This document shows positions 56,239 through 64,000 of a stretch of 64,000 nt of DNA, piece by piece. Position 1 is the stretch's first letter; each line of letters opens with the position of its first letter. The stretch comes from the human T2T-CHM13v2.0 reference genome, Homo sapiens: NCBI RefSeq assembly GCF_009914755.1, contig NC_060931.1; one strand, given 5' to 3'. The position numbers and the translations under genes are program-made. The notes under the pieces are model-generated. The model saw only the letters and a program-made list of their open reading frames with translations, searched no databases and was not told where the DNA came from.

Positions 56239-57559
56239 GTAACTACTGTAATTAATTTGTTCTATCTTACCTGTACATTGCAATTCATTTTGGATATAGA
56301 GCAGCATAGTATCTGTCATGAACGATGATAGTTTATGTACTGAATCATGTAAACCAAAAGCAAATCCTCTAGACCTGATTCCAAATTCCTGACTCTACCA
56401 AAAGTCAGGGACTTGTGTACAAGTATGAATGACAGAATCATGCCCTCAGGAAATAAGAGTAGTTCAAAGTGCTAAATCTGGCTAGCAACTGCAATATCAT
56501 CTAATGCCCATCTATCGCTTTACCTGACTTCATAAGATTAACCTGATCATAACTTCAGTTTTAACATCAATTTCATGGAAAAATGAAATACTAATGGCAA
56601 AAACACTGGAAGGTGGAAATGAAATTTTATTCATTAAGTAATCTACAGAGCATCTAGTTTATACCTTGCTTGCACCCTGACTAGTTTTTCTTTAATTAGA
56701 CAACATTTACACACCCTTTACTTAAGATATGCCCATACAACCAAATATATGCCAAAGAGAAATATGCAATATAATAAATGACATCTGTTTAATAAAACTT
56801 TATTTTACTTTACAAAGAATAGCTCGCCTGCCTTTTATTTTATATAATAAAAATTTGTTTTATTCAGTAGAGTACAGTGAAGTGGAGACACCAAGTTCTT
56901 TTTTAAATGTAAGAAAATACAGTGTCTGTTACCTTTACCTTTTATGAGTTGCCTGCTCTCCTGTATTTGGCAAGACAAATAGAATTACATACTGTGAGTG
57001 ACTCAGAACAGAACTTCACTATCAATCATCTGCCTGGCTCTGCACAAATTCTGTAGGGCATTCAGGACATTTTGCTGCCTATGAATATTTTAGACAAGAA
57101 GAATTTCTGAAAGCTTCCTGATGGATTAATATAAGAAAGGAGGACATTTTCATGTTTTACAGCTATTTGCTTAAGTACTATGGACATTACTACAATCCAA
57201 TGAAAGGATGCCTCTTTAAACAGAAAAAAGTGCCCTCATAGAAGATTTCTGGCTCCCTTTATCATAAACTGATTTCAAAGCAATGATATATAATATGTAA
57301 ATATTGCATGCACTCCTCTGCAGAAAATTAAATGCTGTACTGGTGCCAGCACCTTTACATCTAGCAACAACTGTGAAAAAAAGAAAAAGGAGGAAGAAAA
57401 TCTATGCCAACCATTTAAGAAAATAAGTTTGCTCAGATACCTCTTTAGCTTTGCCAATGAAATAAAATGCAATTTATTAGCTTCTCTATCATTTTATTGT
57501 GGGATTCACACCTATAAATAAATAGCAGAGCACTATTCTCAATAGCAGTTCACAACTTC

Positions 57560-57930
57560 TAAAATAAAGCTTATACTTTCTTTTAAAGGTAACAGAGAAA
57601 ATTTAGAAAACATAAGAAAATAAAACAAAAAATTCACTTATTGACCCACTAATATTTATATTTTAAAGTATTTTCTTGCAGTTTTTAATGTATTTTTGCA
57701 TGTAATATTCTGTCTCTTACTTTTTCCCGGTATTTAAACATTTCTCATGTTATAAACTCTTCATAAACATTTTAATGACTACATAACAGTCCATGAATAA
57801 TATAATATATAACAAAGTTGATATGACATTTGTCCATCATCAGATATTTAGATGTTATACAATTTTTTATTATTATAATATCATTATTTCACATCCCTGT
57901 TTATATATGTATATCTTATTTTTGATAACT
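57560..57930 (-). mobile_element. Very old L1ME-like fragment
   Basis: ttttaatgactacataacagtccat...gatatttagatgttatacaattttttattattat resembles reverse L1ME 3' region. Confidence 0.45.
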
Positions 57931-58089
57931 TGAACTTTTCTATTTCTAAATTAAGCAATATTTCTTCCATCTGGAAATGGTGAGATAATACCCCCCAAAA
58001 ATGCTTTTTTTAAGCACCTCATCTATTACTAAGGACAATATATAGAAAATTTACATACATCCAGAGAACAAATTAATGACTACCAATTA

Positions 58090-58296
58090 TATAACATGTT
58101 TTGCAATTTACCAACATTATAACAACCACCCTGGGAGTATGTGTAATTATTATCTCAATTTTTAAATTCATAAATTATAGCTAAATGAGTTTAAGTGTCC
58201 TACTCAAGTTCAGACAGTTAGAAAGTTATGGGGCTGACATGTCACCTCTTACCTTTCTGACTTCAAAGTCCACCCTCTTCTCGCCATATTGTGCTG
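58090..58296 (-). mobile_element. MIR
   Basis: aacaaccaccctgggag...ttaagtgtcctactcaagttcagacagttagaaagt...tctgacttcaaagtcc. Confidence 0.6.
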
Positions 58297-58344
58297 GGCA
58301 GGAAGCTGGGGGCGCTGGACTCTGCAGTTGTTGCGACCATGAGC

Positions 58345-58540
58345 ACTTGAATCCTACAGCCTTGGCCCAGAACCCACTTCTGATTATTCTGTCTGTGAAC
58401 TTGTGTAAATTTCTTATCCTCTCTGCACTTCAGTTTTCTAATCATTTGAAACTCTGATAAAGATATTGGTTATTAAACCTAGTATAGGTTTGTTCCGAGA
58501 AGTAATTGAGAAAGTTCAGTTTATTAAGAACACCGTTAAT
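58345..58540 (+). mobile_element. MIR
   Basis: ctgtgaacttgtgtaaatttcttatcctctctgcacttcagttttctaatc MIR core. Confidence 0.6.
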
Positions 58541-59144
58541 GTCTGCATTTCTTTTTTACCTGTAAGCTTGTTTCCATACACTCAATTAACATTGTTTTTA
58601 ATTCAACAGTTTTCTATATTTCCTCACTCTCAGGTAGAAAATATACATTTCATTATCCATTATGAGTAAATATGAAACAAAGCCACATCTCAAAACCGTT
58701 ACCCACAATCTAAAAAATTATACAGCAGATTACTTAATCAACCCATACTCAAATTACTAACATTTGCTAAGGACTCAAATGAACTGATCTAGCTAAATGT
58801 CCAATAGGAAGTGTGCAGTACAAAACAAATGTTTTATACTGTTCAAATAAGATCATCTGATTATTAACTGATACCACAGCCCAATGTGACTTTACACAAA
58901 GTCTTCAGCATGATCAGCTCTAGAAACAGTAGTTAAGGTATAATTATAGTTTTGGTTATGCAGAAAATATACTAGAATTAGAAACTGAATAACTCTAGAA
59001 GAATAAATTTAGACTTCTTGTTAATAATGGAAATCAAACTTACATAAGTCAAGAGAGAAGTCTTAAATTTGAAAAAAATATAGTAATTTATAACAGAAGA
59101 AAGTGGCAAAGGAAAAGTCATCCGAATAAGTTTCGGCACAGAGA

Positions 59145-59682
59145 ATTTAATCAGTCAACATTTAACCAGGAAGCTGGCCCACCATGAGTTATGGAATAAG
59201 GGATGTATTATAGGAATTAGACCTTACGCAATCAGAAAAAGGACTGGGCAAGTTGGGGTCCAGGAGGGAAGTTGGAGAATCAGACCACCAACCAATCTGA
59301 GAAACCAAGCACATCAGGCCACTAAAATGGGGCTGTAAAAGGAAAGCTCACGGGGAGGTCTATGGGAAGTGCAGCTACCATTTCAGGAAGCCCACGCCAG
59401 AGAGTCTGGGTGTAGGATTAGAGCTATGGTGGCTCAACACGGTCAGCAGTCAGGAAGAAAAGCTGGGTACTGAGTAAAGACCAGCTGAAACCTGCTGGCA
59501 CCTCTGCATCTTCCTGTCCGCCTAACCAAGCCAGCTTCCAGGGTAATAGTTACTGCCTCGCTTCTGCCTTCCAAATCTTGTCGAAGTCTTTTTTCTGGCC
59601 AATGCTAGGCTAAAATTATGCAGGGAACAGTGTTCCAACACACATGGTTTCTTGCATAACTGACACAGTACAAACCACCACA
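59145..59682 (-). mobile_element. LTR41-like ERVL solo LTR
   Basis: Reverse strand starts tgtggtggtttgtactgtgtcagtt and contains agatttggaaggcagaagcgaggcagtaac. Confidence 0.65.
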
Positions 59683-60635
59683 AGAGTTTGGATTAAATGG
59701 ACAGGTAATCAGCATTGTAACACAGTATGCCTCTTCTAACAACAGTTCTTGCTTTCATAAAAATAAAAAAGTCAAGATGCCAACATCAGGGAAAACTGCA
59801 ACATTAGTGAGGGGGAAAAAAGGGCAAAAACTTCCTTTGACACCAAAACATGAGAGGTGAAATGGAAATAAGCAAGTAAAATTGTCTAATTTGCATGTCT
59901 GGAGGAGAAATGATATAGTAAGATTACTCTTTCAATTGAATAAGAAATTGTTTCCTCATTAATCATCACCACCATTAAACAAGATTCACCTAGAATCTTT
60001 GTTGCTCATGTATCATAGCTTATGAAAACAATGCAGAATTTTTCAAAAAAAATTTTCAAATTTGTGAAGGGAAAAACAAAACTTAAGGGCCTGAAACATT
60101 AAAAAGGAAGAAGGCAAGAGAAATGCTAAATGATGGTACTCCATCAATCTGAGTGGGACTGATGGAATGTGAAATAAGTTCTAGGACAAAAATGTGCCAC
60201 GGAACAATAGGAAATGTCAAATATTATTTATTTCCTTAGGATCATAAGGCACAGGTAGGAAAAAAGAAATGGAAAGATGTTTTTCTTAAATAAAATGTCT
60301 AAAATATTTTGGGCATTGAAATGTGCCCTATATCCCCTAATGAGATACAAGGCCATTGTTATTGTTTTGGAAAAAATACATGATTCTCTAAAGAATAAAT
60401 TATAATAGTAATCATAGAATTTCACAGTGAGGTCAGTTCACAAAAACAAATTAAAATGAGGCATAATAAGCTAGTAGTACACTGTCTACATGACCAAAAT
60501 GAAGGGGGCAATTTTTATCTGAATTACTCTAACTCGTTGTTAAAACAATTTTAAAATTCCATTCAGAATTCAGAATTATTTATTACTTCTCTTGTGCTAC
60601 TACTACTGTATGAGTTGTTAAGTATACAAACATGA

Positions 60636-61189
60636 ATAAGATATATGCAAGTGGAAATCTGCCACTTGCGTTAAGTAATTCAAAATCTGAACTCCCTTAC
60701 ATTTGTGTGGGGGTTCTTCACTCTTCACTTTATTATCTTGGTGGAGGGGTAAAAGCTTCTTTCCTCATCAGAGCTGAAAGTGTTAGACACTCCGATAGCT
60801 AGTCATTCTTGTAGATGGAGAATAATTTTAGGCTCTGGCCATCAGTACAACCATATCTGACTCATGCACGCTAACTGAAGACAGTATCAGCAGTGGAGGC
60901 TTCAAGGTCAAGGCACAGAAATGATATGAAGTAGCAGTTGTAGGAAGGTGAGGTATTGGCACCAAAGAGGCAGGAGTGCAAGTGTAGCACCTGGTGCTCT
61001 GCCGTGGTTTACTCATCAGACCAATTCCAATGTGGAATTTGGAGCTTTGTTTCTAGAAACATTTTCTCATGACTAGTGCTCCAGCCTTCCATTATAGCTG
61101 GTAAATACCGAATATATTTTCAATAAACTCCTTTCTGTTCAATTGGAGTCCACACCTCCTGCCTCAAAATAAGAAGTTTGAGTGATACA
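60636..61189 (+). mobile_element. LTR33-like ERVL LTR
   Basis: Ends caataaactcctttctg...gagtgataca; splits an L2-like stretch. Family call tentative. Confidence 0.5.
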
Positions 61190-61269
61190 ACATGTTTCCT
61201 AGTCTGAAAGAGTTAACATCTCAAAAGAGATGCCAACGATGACACCATATAAAGGCATAAATATGGTAT

Positions 61270-62138
61270 GTCTAATTACCAATCAACATCTCCACTGTGA
61301 GGACTCAAAGATACTTCAAACTTAGAATCTCCAAAACTAGGCCTGGGTCTTCTGTCAATTTTCTCTAAGTCAACAATTGGCACCACTCTTCCACTTGTTC
61401 ATGACAGAAGCCAGTAAGATATTCTTGACACTGCCCTCCTTCTCACTCCCAATAGCCAATACATCACCAAGTCTTGTCAGTCTTGCCTCCTGAATCTCTC
61501 TGTAATCATTCTTCTTTCCAACATCACCACCACTCCTAAGTCTATGCTTCCAAGATTTCTCACTGGATTGCTGCATTAATAGCCTTCTAAAGAATGACCC
61601 ACATTATGGCTTCCTTCTAAACCACCATTGACAAAGTGATTTCTTAAAAATATGTATCAGATCAAACCATTCAACTACTCAAACACTTCAATGGCTTCCC
61701 AAAGCTCTACATGCTCTGGCCTCTGCATGTCTTCCCACTCATTTCTGGCCACTTTCCGCCCTTAGAGTTTGCAACCCAAACACATCAGTCTTCTTCCCTA
61801 TCTTCATTACCCAATGCTTTCTCTTGTTTTGTACCATTAATTTCTACTCAACCTTCAAATTATAGTTAAAATATCACAGCCTCCGGGAAGTCTTTGCTAG
61901 AATGCTAGACTATATCTGGTGCTCTTATTATAAGTAATCAAAGCTCCATATATTTTTAATCATAGCTTTTATCACAGTTTGAAATTTATGTGATTACTTA
62001 ATTAACATTTGTCTCTCCACTAAAGCGTAAGTTTGGCAAAGGCCAAGACCATGTCTGGTTTTAGTCTTCATTGTGGGGCCCAGGGCCTAGCACATGAAAA
62101 CATACTGGAAACAGTACATATTTGTTGAATGAAAGAAT
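61270..62138 (+). mobile_element. L2 3' portion
   Basis: catcaccaagtcttgtcagtcttgcctcc ... cttcaatggcttccca ... catatttgttgaatgaaagaat. Confidence 0.8.
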
Positions 62139-62680
62139 TAGTTATATAAAAGGAAGAAACAGATTAATTAATTCTGTATAGACAGAGAGACAAATGAGGA
62201 TTTAGAGAAAGGGTGATACTAAAGTTAAAGGGTGAGGCGGACTTGCTCAGGTAAGTCATTGTCCCATCATTCACTCACCCTTGCTACTATAGACCCCAGT
62301 AGTCATAACGATAATCAGTGACAAAATGCACAATGCCTTCCTGTCCTGTATTCCCCAACTTGCTTTAAACCCCTAACAATTATAAATAAAATATATTTTT
62401 AAGCTTCTTTGATATAACCACCCACAAAATCAAGATAAGCATCATTATGGACCAGAAATAGAACAGAAAATTATAGCAGTACTAGAGCCATGAACCTGGT
62501 GCATTCAAAGTCCCTCAGAAAACCTGGGGGTTAACAGAGACTAAAGGTTACCCAGGCATAGCCAAGCTCACTCTGTAGAGATAGATGTTGGGGAAGGGCT
62601 CCTTATCCAGAAAAGGAAGCTGCAAATCCTGTGATTGCCCAGACCTACTGCCAGTGGTGTACTGATAAATGTTTAAAAAC

Positions 62681-62890
62681 AATGGGTACACATGAAAATA
62701 CAGAGTGGAAGAACAGATATGGGAGACTCCAAAAGGTAAAAGGTAGGTCAGGGGTGAGGAATGAGAAATTACCTATTGGATACAATGTTCACTTTTCAGG
62801 TGTTGGGTACACTAGAAGCCCAGATTTCACCACTACACAATATATCCATATAATAAAACAGCATTTTTACCCCCTAAATCTATTTTTTAA
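62681..62890 (+). mobile_element. L1PB4-like 3' end
   Basis: gagaaattacctattggatacaatgttcac...gggtacactagaagcccagatttcaccactacacaatatatccat. Confidence 0.85.
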
Positions 62891-63043
62891 TAGTTTTCTG
62901 GGGTTAGGGGAGTGTATGCCTATATAAACTTATACATTTATTATAAATTTTATTAATATAAAGGATGTATAGCAATTTATAAATAATAATATATACAATA
63001 CCCTTTGTTGTAAATTCCATATAGCCAATTGATTCTCACATAA

Positions 63044-63272
<229 letters not shown>

Positions 63273-64000
63273 ACTTTTGTTGATTTTTGCTAAAGTCTTG
63301 TATGCATAGCCAACCTGTAGTTGCAACTGACAAACCACTATACTCACAACATGCATGTTGATTGATAGTCCCCCTTTACATTAATAAATAAGATAAAATA
63401 ATGAAGATGTATGTCAAAACTTGACTTACTCATCAATGATGTGAAGAACTCCTTTGAAAGTAGTTTCTTAATACGAGAAGAATATTTCCTCATTTTTGTG
63501 CTATTCACTAATGGCTTAACTCAGCACACTTTTAAATTTAATCTGAATTATTAATATGCTCTCCATCACTAACTTAAGTCTAGATGAACAAAAAAACAAT
63601 AAATCAAGCCCTGATTTATAGCATTTGCCAATTTCTTTGGGAAAATACTTCCACCATGGCCAATTGCGAAGTACCAAAATGTAACTGAACAGAGATTTGG
63701 GGGAGATGTACAGTATCACACCACTATATAGGAATTTCCACCCTAAAATACAATAGACATAAATAACTCTAACAGCATAGACAATAGTAAAGTAATTAGG
63801 AAGTGATGTCTTTAATATGTATTACCTTTGTTTTTAATATAATGTATTTAGTTATTATTTTATATAATTTAGTTTTATAATGGCTGTCTTTAACAACTCA
63901 CTTAAAATATTCCTTGAAACTTTAACAATTGACTCTTGCAAGCTAGTAAAACTTGACTCCAGCATATTACGGGCACTACCTGAATGAAGCTTCTGTGAAC

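Noticed and set aside
58090-58540. Head-to-head MIR pair as a hairpin or miRNA precursor
   Set aside because: Both copies are too diverged for evident pairing.

Overview
AT-rich primate (very likely human) genomic DNA, intronic or intergenic, made mostly of transposable elements. I recognise no host protein-coding exon, RNA gene, CRISPR array or prokaryotic-type system. Main landmarks: (1) a full-length minus-strand L1PA3-like LINE-1 (24471-30640, 17-bp TSD) with broken ORF1/ORF2, an open antisense ORF0 and the ~129-bp 5'UTR segment lost in younger L1s; (2) a 10.4-kb nested block (42289-52720) in which an old L1PA hosts a two-LTR MER57A-type ERV1 provirus (tRNA-Leu PBS, integrase/env relics), two Alus and an antisense L1PB1; (3) many Alu, L2, MIR, MaLR/ERVL LTR and DNA-transposon fossils plus microsatellites. 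The most interesting signals are old local rearrangements readable from the repeats: a ~470-bp inversion supported by a flipped MLT1 TSD (34457-34923), a ~380-bp duplication of an AluJ plus its flank (35821-36210 / 39179-39555), and a ~160-bp copy of apparently unique sequence inserted into a MIR (22521-22680 / 23371-23530). Subfamily names are recalled from consensus sequences by eye and need RepeatMasker/Dfam confirmation. I did not find a convincing new biological system.
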